DNA of 64,000 bases, from contig JAQGDQ010000324.1 in NCBI GenBank assembly GCA_030141605.1, forward strand, positions 205,096 to 269,095. Reading direction: 5' to 3'. Source of the DNA: Tubiluchus corallicola (lineage: Eukaryota > Animalia > Priapulida). Of this stretch, positions 46,371-58,521 are shown one piece after another (position 1 is the stretch's first letter; every line of letters begins with the position of its first letter). A model generated the notes under the pieces. That model worked only from the letters and a program-made list of their open reading frames with translations, was not told where the DNA came from and did no database searches. Made by a program: the position numbers and the translations under genes.

Positions 46371-47283
46371 CATCCGTGTTTTATTTTCGCTTGCCTCATT
46401 TCCTTTTTTTCTTCCCTCTTCTCTCTGCTTGTCTTAATTGCTCTTTCTTTTTCTTCCTTCTTGTGTCTTTCTTTTTTCTCTGTTTTGTTAACTTAGTTGC
46501 ACCCCAAACGTGACAGCGCCCACCTTCTTACTTTTACCAAGTAATTACTTAATTGAAATGTTGCTTTCAATGTACGAAATATCGACGTGCATGCTGCGAG
46601 GGCTGAACGTTGTGGTTATTATTACATTTTGCATTGCAGAATCCAGATGCAAATGAAATACAGTAATTATCTTGTAAGTACGTGCGCTGTGTCACCTACT
46701 GCTAATAATTACCCACAGTTGCTCCGGCTTCGCCAGGAGTAATTGCATTTTGTACGGGAAATTGCCTGTCTTCTGTTTACGTGATGTTGCCAAACTTATT
46801 GTTAGGACGTAGATATATTTTGCTCGCTTAGATGCGCATGCGCACCATTTTCCCGTAACAGTGTGGCTTGTTTGTGCATAGCCAAATAAAAAGTCATATT
46901 AGCCAACAAATCACGTTTTTCGGCTTTCTTGAAAGGTCGCCAGTTCTCTTCTACTTTTGCCTATGGGTAAACCTGAACACTCTTTTACAAGCGCGTTTAT
47001 CTTCAAGGATTTTCTGTGGCTGTATTTTGTGGACTACACGATGTTTAATGTAAAAGATATTTGTTTAGAAAAAACCATTTAGATAAATTTAACGTTTTAC
47101 ACGTTTATTTTTGGCTTTCCAATTCCTCCTTTTGTTTGCAAGAAGCAAAAATCTTTTCTTCACACGTGTGATAAAACAAGCAAAAGCGGAAACCTTAACT
47201 ATGCTAGAAAATAAAAAAATCGTCATCGTTGACAACATTCTTGAAAACATTTTTGTCGGTTTTATCACCAGTTTCGTAACATA

Positions 47284-47848
47284 TTGTTGTTGTTGGCATC
47301 CTTCTGTCTCGGAAGACAATGGAGTGTGCGCCAAGAGAGTCAGTTATTGATCACATTGATGGAGCTGCAGCGTCCACTGTGGCTGAGCAATCCGATCCTT
47401 GAACCACTGGAGTGGCCTCTCCAGGGCGCACACCTGCGCTAGGTGTATGGAGATCCTGAGCTGTCCAGACAACAGGAACCCCCTCTCTTCCTCCCTGGTG
47501 TAGTCCGAAGAAAAGCGGAGCGATACGTTTGGCACCAAGTTGGCTGCAGGAGCTGCCGGAGTCAGTGAGCATGCTGCACTGGTCTGCCTTCGGGGCTCCA
47601 CTCCTGATTTGGAAGGTTTACTCCTCTACATATTGCCGTTGGGTCACTTGACCTCCTCCGCCCTCTAGCCGTTGGCTGCTTGTGCAGCTCCTCCGCCTAG
47701 TGTCGAGATATAGTGTGGGCATCCCACAGTCCTACAGCACCTGGTATTGCTAGGCGGTCACCCATCCAAATACAAACCAGGCTCTACGTTGCTTAACTTC
47801 GGTGATCAGACGAGAACCGGTGTTTTCAACGTGATTTGGCCGTAGTTC
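47284..47848 (-). mobile_element. 5S rRNA-derived SINE (SINE3-type), full-length copy
   Basis: Near-complete 5S-like head (47730-47847), GC-rich ~430-bp body, (CAA)n tail at 47284-47294, 9-bp TSD CGTAACATA (47275-47283 / 47849-47857); second copy at 61640-62150. Confidence 0.88.
47730..47847 (-). pseudogene. 5S rRNA-like sequence (SINE head)
   Basis: Minus strand ACTACGGCCAAATCACGTTGAAAACACCGGTTCTCGTCTGATCACCGAAGTTAAGCAACG...GGATGGGTGACCGCC...GTGCTGTAGG; no oligo-T terminator directly after it. Confidence 0.9.
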
Positions 47849-49120
47849 CGTAACATAAGTTGTTCAGTATTTTACGTTATTTGCCCCAAAATGGCGACTG
47901 CTTGTATTTCTTAGGACATGAACAGAAAGGTTATTCCAAGCAAAGTAATTTTGTGTAATTTTTGTAGAACACTTTTGTAATAGAATTTGGTGTGTTTTCA
48001 TGTACGACAAACGATTTTAATGCTTTGTGGTGATTTGTAGAAATTGTTGTTTGTTTTGTGTGAGTACACTTCATATTTAGAACAGTTGAAGATTTATAGT
48101 TAAAAACAGCACAACTTTATTAAAAACTTTTATACATTAAAAAGTTAAAATCATGTTTTTAACTTTTACTTTTAATGTAAAAGTTTTTTGATTAAGTTGT
48201 GTTCTTTTAACTATAAATGTTTTTATTTGGCTGTAATAAAAATTGAGTTGAAGATTTAATGTGCTAAAGAGGCAATTTGAAAGTATTTTTTAGATTGATA
48301 TACATTATGTGCCTAAGAACATGTTTAAAAACTGTTTTTGGAGTTATACATTATGTGCCAAAAACGTGCTTGAAAAGTGTTAGTGCTATTGGTACATTAT
48401 GTGTGAGACCTGATGTATGAGAATATTCAGCACTTGTAAAATATTCTAATGTTATATGTATTGAATTGGAATTACAGGTCTGTTGTTAACTGGTATTAAT
48501 CTTACCACATCCTGACCTTTGAAAAAACTTATTGACTGCAATCAGTGGTTGATGAGTCACTTGTGTTGTTGTTGTTGTTGTAGTCACCACCATTGTTGTG
48601 GCTAATCACGATTGTAACTTTTCTATTCACAAGCTTCTGTTGTAAAGGACATCAGTAAGACCTTAAACATATTTTGACTTGATAATGGGTGCGGTTGTTA
48701 TTTTATTTTGGTTGTAGGTCGTTCAATCTTCATTAGAATGTTTTTCTTCTGAAGTGTGTGAACTGTCTTTGTACTTTTGTCTTTAGTGAAGTAGTGCAGC
48801 CATTTTTTATGTGGTTTGGCACTTTCTAAGCTGATATTCGGCACGTAGTGGTACTAGTAGGGTATACTTTTACGCTGTTGGTTGTTCCGATACAAATACC
48901 CGCATGCTATATGGCAGAAGAAACTGTTCTGAAGCAGGTTTTTGGCAGTCACTTATTCACTTACTGACTTGTCCTGGTGTTGCTTAACCTTAGTTTCTAA
49001 GTACACACCGTTAACTAGTTGAACATCTTTTTTCCCTCATCCCGTAGACTGTTAATCACATTCTTGATTAATGTCTTAGTCCATTGTTACTGCTAACAGC
49101 TATTATGGTTTCTGTTTCAG

Positions 49121-49231
49121 CATCACCATGTCGCTAGGCAACGCAGCGTGTGCACGATGCGGAGAAGGGTTCGGGGTGCACGAACAGATAGTGAACTCTG
49201 GTGGCGAAGTATGGCATACCAAATGCTTTGT
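49121..49231 (+). CDS. LIMS1: PINCH exon (LIM1 start; ATG at 49128)
   Basis: TTTCAG|[44 protein letters not shown] |GTAAGT. Confidence 0.95.
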
Positions 49232-52200
49232 GTAAGTCTTCGTATCTGTCTTACTAATGTCCCAGATAAGTGTGAGCTTTAGTGTGAATTTCAGTGTAAT
49301 AAACTTCTTTGTTACGATTTTTTAAAAACTTTTTATTATAACTTCCATTATTTCTTCTTTGCACTTTTCAAATCCTTGTTTTACGTGAATACAGGTTGAC
49401 TTAATGACCACAATCGGTCTGGTGGATAGGTTGTAAAACGACTCGGATGCAAGTCAGACCCATATACTCATCAGTGCACCCCTTATAAGATATTGTGTGT
49501 GTGTGCATGCACTGAATATGGTGGCGCCTATGAATGAATCTACAGAAAGACATAGCGATTTAGAAATGGAAGAAAATACGAGTTACACTAAGTTTTGTAT
49601 GAATAATTAAGTTGTGGTTGTGTCGTAAATTTGAACAGTCTTAAGTTGCATAGGCTGTAACTCGACGACTACTTGTATTAAGTCTTAGATATTGACCCTT
49701 TATAAGGCACAAGATTTAAGACATAATCAGTATTTTGTAGAATAAAAATTGTAGTAAGTAATCTTGTATTTGATTGCAATTCTGGAAGTTGAGTGACAAT
49801 AGATGTTTTTCATTTGACTGATGATCTTTTATTTTTCTTGTTTTCTAGTTGTGCTCAGTGTTTCCAGCCATTTCCGGAAGGAATATTTTATGAGGTGAGT
49901 TTCAAGCACCAGAAACAAAGTTTGCTTGTCACATTTTGTAGCTGTGTTAGCACTCAGCTTTCTCATTGACGAACTTAACGTTATATCAGGGGTGCGCAGA
50001 AAACGTTTGAAAGTTTTGATTATGATATTACGAGAAAAAAAATAGTGGTATAACTTGAAAATTATCACACTGATGTATCATATGTTTATGTATAGATGCC
50101 AAAAATTCTAGGTCATTTCTTCAGACTTTTTCAAAGATGCAGTAATTTTAAATCATCAAATGAAAAAATAAATGCCAGAACGAATGTGTTACTATTACAG
50201 CAAGTGCTCTATGTATCAACCATCTTCACTGCAAACTAAATGAAGGCATTTCTTCCAACATCACACACAGTCAAATTAGTTCAAATAAAGCGGAAATTTC
50301 GTTTACATAACAGTCTGTGACATGCTTTTACCGGCAATATGGCATATCTTGAGTGCTGACGACTGTGAAGTTTTATAGGGTCTCCAGGCCCAATCAACCG
50401 AAATATCAAACCACGTTTGAATTTACTTGAGTTGAATCAACTTTTAATTTTGTAATTTATGAAATATAGGCAACAAAATATCTACAAAATAAAATTTGTT
50501 TATTTTTAATGAAGCATTATGATCTTCAAACATTAATCATTAAGGATACCAAAATCTAAAAACATTATAACACATTTTCTAAGTAAGCCACTCCATCAAA
50601 CTTCTATACTATAAAACTTCCTTGTCCTTTTGTATTAGAATATTTTACCAGTAATTTTGCGTCACAGCAAATAAAAGCAAACGAACAAAAATATTTTACT
50701 TATTTTAGAATTTTTGCTTCAGTTTTAATAGTAGTTGGTTTTGCAAAAATGTTTCAGTTCGGTTTCATTTCGGTACCCGTTTCCTAGGTTTCATAAATTT
50801 TTCTGCCGGTTTTGGTTTGTAAATTGCGTTTTGGTAACACGCCTGATTTCAATGCATGAAATGCGTAAGCAAAGCCATATTTCCACGTTTATGTGCCGTG
50901 GTTAAATTACTTGCGTTGCAGTTTAGCAGGATAAACTTAATTACCATGGAATTTATTTGCCGCAAATTCTGCTAAATTTTCATTTACGTTATTATTATGT
51001 TGTAGACGGTTTTACTGGAGTATAATTGACTCGTGTTGGCGTAAATTACTCGTACCATTAACTCTTTACCTTGCAGTTTGAAGGCCGGAAGTACTGCGAA
51101 CACGACTTCCACGTTCTGTTTGCTCCATGCTGCGGAAGTTGCAGTAAGTCATCATTAAACATAGACATCCATTTATTAATGAAGAATTAGTAGTTATGAG
51201 CTTTTGAGCAATTCACTGTTTATTTAAACAGGTTCTTGTTGGCACAGAATTTCAATAATTCTTTAAATAGTACTAAGACCATGATGGTAAAGTTTCAGCA
51301 TTTACTGCTCAGTGCACAGGTATTTGCAGTCATACAGTAACTAAATTGAAAGACGTAAGTTTGAAGTTTGAAGTTTTTGAAGTTTTTATTATTATCACAT
51401 TCAGTGGGCTAGAGAAGCAAAGGCTTGTAAACCCACCAAACCAAAAAAAAAAACAACAACAAACAAAAAAAAACACACAACAACACAAAAAACACCAACA
51501 AAAAAACAACACAAAAAAAAAAAACCAAAAACAACCTAAGCCCACTGTCATGTGAAACAGATAAAAAAAGAATGGATGAGTGAACAAAAAAGAACAGGGA
51601 GAAAGGTTAGATCACACAGGACAGGAAGAATGATGAGTTAGTGTAAATAGTAGGAAGAAAGACAGTACATTGTGCGATGTTTACATCAGCTCTAAACATC
51701 AATGGTGTCTTGTTTTGTATAATCTGTAGAAGACATTTCAGCAGAGAAGTCTAATCTGTAGAAGACTCTTTAGTATCTACTTCTGTAATTATATCAGAAT
51801 ATTAGGTAAAAGCACAAAGTTAAAATTGAAATCATGGCTGCTTTCAACAATGCTTTTAGTTTTGTGCTCGATCACCTAACATTTTGATATAACTGCAGAA
51901 ATAGGCACTGAAGAGCTTTGCTCAAAAGTCTCCTGCATTTCAATTTAGTTACTGTATGACTGCACACACCTGTGCACTGTGCAATAAATGCTGAAACTTT
52001 ACCATCATGGTCTTAGTATTATTTAAAGCATCACTGTTTATTACTATATTTCATGACGCAGCAGTTCTAGCAAGAGCTGCGAATAGGGATGCAGTGAATA
52101 TTCGGATCACGGAATTTTTTCCTCGAATATCAGTATAAAAATCTGGTCCAGTAACTTTGGTTGTTATCACTAAAAGTTCGATGAACCTTCGGTATGCCAA

Positions 52201-55200
52201 AGTTACTTTTTTAACTATTGTCAGATTCGATGAAAAGTATATTAAACACACCGAACATTTATGTACGATGCTTCGAAAAATTTTTCCGGAAAAAGCTGAT
52301 TATAAACAGCGAATTCGGTACAACAGCTGACATTTTGCGTTCTGTATAGTAATACATTTTCAAAGAATGTGATGTACTGTCAGAACACAAGTAATGCACT
52401 TTTGTCATTATTGTAGATAATTTTGTCATTGGTCGTGTGATCAAAGCCATGAACAACAACTGGCATCCGGAGTGCTTCAAGTGCGAACTGTGCGGCATCG
52501 TGCTGGCCGATACCGGCTTCGTCCGAAATGCCAACCGCGCCCTTTGTCGGGAGTGCAACGCGAAGGAAAAGGCTTCCGGAATGGGAAAATACGTCTGCCA
52601 CAAGTGCCAGTAGGTTTCTCATAGACATAAACATTTTATTTACCTCCTCATTTGCATCAGAATACAAATAGACTATAATTGCTATAATTATTAATTAGTC
52701 AGGATAAATTATGCATAAAGGAAAGAGTTAGGGGAGAGCAGGAGAAAGGGTAGCGAAAAGCCAATTGGTCATCAAGTCACTTACTCTTTAGCTTTTACTT
52801 TGTTGTTTTGTTTTGTAGGTTTTTGTTCTCTATCTTATTTTACATTTCGCTATAGATATCATAAACAATTAGAAAATGGTGTTATGATTTCTTAGAATAG
52901 CTATAGAACATGTCTGCACTTTCACTGAGGTGCCATAGTTGCCCACAAGCTGTTGGGATCATTGTTATGAATCTTAGCGATCGATCATCTTTCCGCATTT
53001 CTTTCAATGCAAGTTTGACACTTTTGCAAGTTGATAATGCGATAATAGCACCGAACTCAAGGTCTGTTTGAGATGGTTGTGCCGGACCGGTCCTACCTGG
53101 GTATTCCACTCAGTTGAGATAGTGAGTCGAGAAAGGTTTCTTTGCCATCCTGAGTTACTCATATCCCGCCGTCTCCCTCCCAGAAAATTTTCTCATTCAA
53201 CCTGTATAATTTTAAGATTGCAGTTTTTCTCATTTGCACTTATTGGAAGCATAATTTTAATAGATGCAAGGAAATCTTGATGTGCAGCTGCATTCTTGCT
53301 GCATATAATACATTTTAACTACATTTTTTATCGCTTGTCTCAGTGTATGGAAACCGTTTTATCTTTGTTAGTCTCATAAATCAATTTGCTTACATTGACT
53401 TCTAAGTTTTTTATATATGTGCTGTAAATGTAAGTATTGAATTCTTTGTTTACATTTTGGACAAGGCCACATTTTATATAAGAATTTACAAAAGAGTCTC
53501 TAGCTTAACAAACCAACAGCCCCTAATAACTAGTCGTTGGGCGGTATCTTAGTGGTTTTCAGTACATTCCATTCGGGAAAATTTGTGGATATGTGCACAT
53601 TTATTTATAATGTGTCTATGACATTTATTTATGTATGTCATAGATGCATATTTTTGGACGTTTGGCACATTTATTAAAGGAGAGTTTAGTATCATTTTAT
53701 TTTTCAGTTTCATTATTTTTATTTTCAGTGCCATCATCGAGGAAGGTCACATTAAATTTAGGGGCGAGGCTTATCATCCATATCATTTTAATTGTAAAAA
53801 CTGTAGGTAAGTTATCTTTTATGTTTACATACGAAAATCTAACCGTATTTTTGTTAAATTAACTCACTTTTATTCATTACAATGCAAGAGTATAATGAAG
53901 CATTCGAATTCTAGCCGCAACTTGAGTTCTTATGAGTTATGATGCAGACATTCGTGCATCTGTAGTAATGAGATACTTGTGAAAGTGATCCTGGTTTTTT
54001 CGTTTTTGTACACACCCCTTTTGCAATATTTCTCATGCTCAATTTTAAACAACATCATTTTAGCATTGCTGGTACAACTAGATAGTTTTATTCAAGTTAT
54101 CTGCTGAGGAGCTAGAGTCGCTTTTGTTGGAGCGTTGTGAAATTTTAGCACTAGATGGTGCTATTATTTGGCTGGTCCTTGTGCGTGTCCATCTGGTTAT
54201 GAGTTTTGAACATTATGACTGACTGTGTAAAGTATTTATGGATTTTCTTGTTGATAAACTCACTATATTGTGTTATACTTTTCTGTTAACTTGTGAAGTC
54301 CATCATTAAGAAATAAGATGAAATACATTTTCATTAGATTTTTTAATGTCACTGCTTTTGCAAATTAATAATAATTACTTGTGTTAAATTTTTTTTAAGA
54401 TTTAATATTTTACTTCAAACTTTACAAAGTTCATATACGCATTACAAATTGATACAAATAATGTAATAAATTATGACACACAATAATAACACAAATAACA
54501 ATTAACGATATAACAAACTACGCCAATGACATCTATTTACAGAAGTAAAGCTTACATCACTGTTTAAATTGCTCTTGCGTATAAAATTTTCACTCTTATT
54601 CAGCCTGACATGTAAACTGTTTGCCCATTTTCTGTGAATCACATCAAAATAAATAAGATTAAGTCTAGTAGAAATATATCTGGCGCTTGTATTATATGAA
54701 AAGTTAAACAACTTCCGTGTTGATACATTATACGCAAGCTTGAGTTTGATAAGATTGTAAGAATAAATGCTTGCAATCTTACAATCTGTCACAAGTCTGA
54801 ATGTTTGTAGACTGTGCAAGTGTTGTGTTATGTAATTTATGTTAAATAAACTGGTTTGAAATTGAAAAAAGGAATGAATTGGATACGCTTAGAGAAGCAT
54901 CATTTGCTCTGTAGTCAGTATTTCCAGCTTGGTTCTTCCCGAATCATTTCCAGCTTGGTTCTTCCCTAATCTTGATAAATGGAATCAGCCATTCAGTAGT
55001 TTCCCGAATTATGTAACAGATGTATGTTGACTACTGCGTTTGTCATTTTCGTTGCTTGCCTTGTTTGTAACCTCGATTGTGTCAAACTGTCTTGCAGTAT
55101 GCATAAGAAGTAAATCGTGAATTATAGCAACGAATTTTGAAACATTTAATTGCGTGTAGTCACCGATTTACCACTTTTACAACTTCGTCTGTTCGACTTC

Positions 55201-57611
55201 ACCACTTAACTTAACGACTTTAATGAATTTGGGACTTAAAAAGCCCAACTTAATCAATTAATTATGCAAAACTATGTATAACTCATATTTCCTTTTTTTA
55301 AACAAATTAACTTTAAATTGACATTTGTTTTGTTAAATTCTTCTCTAGGTGGCGCCCCTATTTAGTGCGCATACTTACACAATGTCTTGCGTGTAGGGGG
55401 CGCACCACTTTAACATACGGGTCCGACTTGCATCCATTTCATCCATTGCGACCAATCGACCAGAACCGATTGTGATCGTAAGTCGACGACTGCCAGAGCA
55501 TTTTTTGGTTCTTTTCTTTGTTGTAATGAGAAATGTTGTTGTTTTGCAGCCAAGAATTAAACATTGATGCCAGAGAGAAAGACGGGGAGCTCTACTGCCT
55601 TAGATGCCACGATAAGATGGGCATTCCTATATGTGGTGCTTGTCGGCGACCCATAGAAGAGAGGGTGGTCACAGCATTGGGCAAGAATTGGCATGTCGAG
55701 GTACGCGATCAAGAAATTTGAGGATAGTGCTCTCCTAAGAGCTCTGCTGAGGGTGGTTTTCTCAAACAATTACTTACCATAACGTCTATGATGTGCAGGG
55801 TGCATAAGATTATGGATATGTATAAAATAAATAAAATAGCTTATTTTATGGATTTTTGAAATTTTATTTTATGGATATCAATAAAATAAGAAATGGACTA
55901 TATCTGGAACGAGATGCCCAGGGGGAAATCAATTAAAAAGTAAAAACAGGAGTGCTTGAAACGTGTTTTTAAACACACAGGACTTAATTTCGTTTTAATT
56001 TTATCGGTTTCATATCACTTCAACTTTAATCAAATTTTACGAGACAATGCCTTGTAATTCATCACTTCAGTTCAAATAATTCATCTATTTGGTATGAATG
56101 TAGAATGCCCTCTAGGCTGAAGTTTCCGATCTAATGCCTGTACTCAGTTTTGATTGCCTTATTTTGTACAAAAAATCACAAAAAAAAACATTTTTTTATT
56201 TTATGCATTTGTTATTTTATGGATTTTTCAAATTTTATTTTATGGATTTTTGGTCTTATTTTATGGATATCCATAATCTTATGCAGCCTGATGATGTGTA
56301 AGCATCTTTTCGACACATGTACTGTACGCATTTACATGCTTCATTTAAGCTTTTAAGGCTTAATTGACATTTACGATTTAGTGTGTGCACACATTGGCAC
56401 ACTGCATTTCGGAACTGGGAATTTACTGCCTATTTAGGGCCTATTTTGATTGGCTGTGGAAAGACTGGAGCCTAATCGCATTATCACGGATAATTCTCTA
56501 AGATGAGTCATTAAAGTGGCACAGGCATTTTAGCTACGTTTAGGTATATATAACTTCTTCTTTCACGAGGCAATCAGCCAGGATTAGCGTGGTGAATGAA
56601 ATCGAGTATCGCGTTGGGATTGCACTTATCCATCTACTAACTAGGTACAGTGTTGCCTAACTTCGGTCTCTAGGAATGTCTTGTGTTTTTCAGCATTTTG
56701 TGTGCGCCAAATGCGAGAAGCCGTTCTACGGTAGCCGCCATTACGAGAAGAAGGGTTTAGCGTACTGCGAGACTCATTATCATCAGCTGTTTGGCAATGT
56801 GTGTTTCGTGTGCGACTGCGTGGTTACCGGAGACGGTAGGTTGATTTTTTTTCACAGTGTTTCAGTGCAAATTGTAGACTTTAAAGGAGGCTATTTTCGT
56901 TTTTATTAGAGCACACATTTTATCACATATTATAATTGCAAATGCGTTTAATTTTACTTTTATATTAAAGCGTAGAAAGTGAATTAACCCAGTACTGATG
57001 GGAAAAATTTCCAGTGGAAGAAATCTATTCATTTTGGTTTCACTCACTGAACAGTAAAGACAAAAAAGTTACTAAAGTTTAAGTTCGCAGCTGCGTGTGC
57101 TGAAGTAACGCATCCGTGGTCAATAAACTTTTTTAGTTACATTTACGTTTAATAGATGTCGCTAGCACTGTTACAACTGATGTGACTGGTGTATGCATAT
57201 TTTTTACAGTTTTTCAAGCACTCAACAAAAGTTGGTGTACGCAGCACTTCGCGTGCTCTATCTGCGACCAAAAGATGGGTCCAAAGTGAGTACCTCCCCT
57301 CCCCAAAAATTATAAATACTTTTCTAGTTACATGGGAAAATACAAATGCACATGTAATACTAATGCATAAAAGTATTACAAATGCAGGTGGAGGGTCAAC
57401 TTTTACATTTTGTGAAATCTCATTATTTGACTTGCACTTCCATGCATGTGCTTCTTTGAATTAGTTAGTTGTTTAGGTATGTACAGGCGGTGACATCTAG
57501 TGAGCAGATTTGCTAACAAATTTGCTACAGCTTCAATTATTGTTTCGCTGCTTGAAATATTTTGTAATTAATGCATAAACGGATGTGTTTTCTATGCTTT
57601 TGTAGAGAGAG

Positions 57612-57660
<49 letters not shown>

Positions 57661-58521
57661 AGGGAGGAAGAGGCAGGGAGGGAGGGAGAGAGGAGAGAGA
57701 GAGAGAGAGGGAGGGAGGGAGGGAGGGAGGGAGCAGCTCAGCAATTTAGCTTATTAAAATCAGCTTTTTTATGTGAAATGATATTTACTATTTCATGTTG
57801 GATTGCCAACTTCTACATGGATAATCATTATGTTAGTTCAAACGTAATTTTATTGCGATAACAAAAATTGCAATACGACTGGAACAACACAGTTTTGCAA
57901 ATGATGAACATTCTCACCAAAGCAATGTAATGCTTACAAGAGCGCACATGATAAACTATGACTAGCAGAAGCATTACAGTATGATTACTAGGAGTATAAA
58001 TACGACATAGCATAATATTGAAAATAACAGTAATATTACTACGTAAACTAATAAAATGGTTATACTTTTAAGCTCTTAATAAGAAGCATAGATTTGTGCA
58101 TAAGCTTTAATACTTGAATGTTAATAGTTGTATGAAGATGCTGAATTGAAGAAGCTAAGAAACAGATTTATTTGTTGACAGATTATATATTCTAATAGTG
58201 TATTATAAGGAAATAACAAAGTATAGAGTTTGTTTAATAAGATATCTTTATTAAGTGTTTTAATCTGAATACACATGTTTTAGAACTTTCAAAAAGTTTC
58301 ACTATGCTATTCTGAAGGTACTTAGAAGTCACTTCTTGTTATGAAATATCTTCCATATTTTTTCCTCTTTTTTCGCATCAACGATGATCAAAATTGTTTG
58401 TTTCAGAACAAAGTTTTACGAGATGGATCTGAAACCTGTGTGCAAGAAGTGCTACGAAAGATTTCCGGGAGAACTCAAGCGACGGCTCACGAAAGCGTTT
58501 AAACAGTCGCCTCACAAGTAA
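49128..58521 (+). CDS. LIMS1: PINCH / LIM and senescent cell antigen-like domain protein (5 LIM domains; ILK-parvin complex adaptor), ~323 aa; gene span of short isoform
   Basis: Nine exons splice in frame (972 nt): [11 protein letters not shown]..., [97 protein letters not shown]. Confidence 0.97.
49849..49894 (+). CDS. LIMS1: PINCH exon
   Basis: TTCTAG| [15 protein letters not shown] |GTGAGT. Confidence 0.95.
51077..51143 (+). CDS. LIMS1: PINCH exon
   Basis: TTGCAG| [22 protein letters not shown] |GTAAGT. Confidence 0.95.
51260..52028. mobile_element. Foldback/MITE-like element with ~90-bp TIRs
   Basis: CTTTAAATAGTACTAAGACCATGATGGTAAAGTTTCAGCATTTA... is inverted at ~51938-52028. Confidence 0.75.
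52417..52609 (+). CDS. LIMS1: PINCH exon (LIM2)
   Basis: TTGTAG| [26 protein letters not shown]...GKYVCHKCH |GTAGGT. Confidence 0.95.
53729..53806 (+). CDS. LIMS1: PINCH exon (LIM3)
   Basis: TTTCAG| [25 protein letters not shown] |GTAAGT. Confidence 0.95.
55550..55700 (+). CDS. LIMS1: PINCH exon (LIM3/4)
   Basis: TTGCAG| [50 protein letters not shown] |GTACGC. Confidence 0.95.
55796..56290. mobile_element. hAT-superfamily MITE
   Basis: TIR CAGG(G/C)TGCATAAGATTATGGATAT; perfect 8-bp TSD ATGATGTG (55788-55795 / 56291-56298). Confidence 0.92.
56694..56835 (+). CDS. LIMS1: PINCH exon (LIM4/5)
   Basis: TTTCAG| [47 protein letters not shown] |GTAGGT. Confidence 0.95.
57210..57285 (+). CDS. LIMS1: PINCH exon (LIM5)
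   Basis: TTACAG| [26 protein letters not shown] |GTGAGT. Confidence 0.95.
57604..57732. repeat. (GA)n/(GGGA)n purine tract
   Basis: Direct reading. Confidence 0.95.
58407..58521 (+). CDS. LIMS1: PINCH terminal coding exon
   Basis: TTTCAG| [37 protein letters not shown] (TAA 58519-58521). Confidence 0.95.

Noticed and set aside
47730-47847. Functional 5S rRNA gene
   Set aside because: It has substitutions in the internal control region, no oligo-T terminator, a fused repeated body, and a flanking TSD.
52259-52667. Minus-strand ORFs of 114 and 95 aa
   Set aside because: Antisense shadows of the PINCH LIM2 exon.
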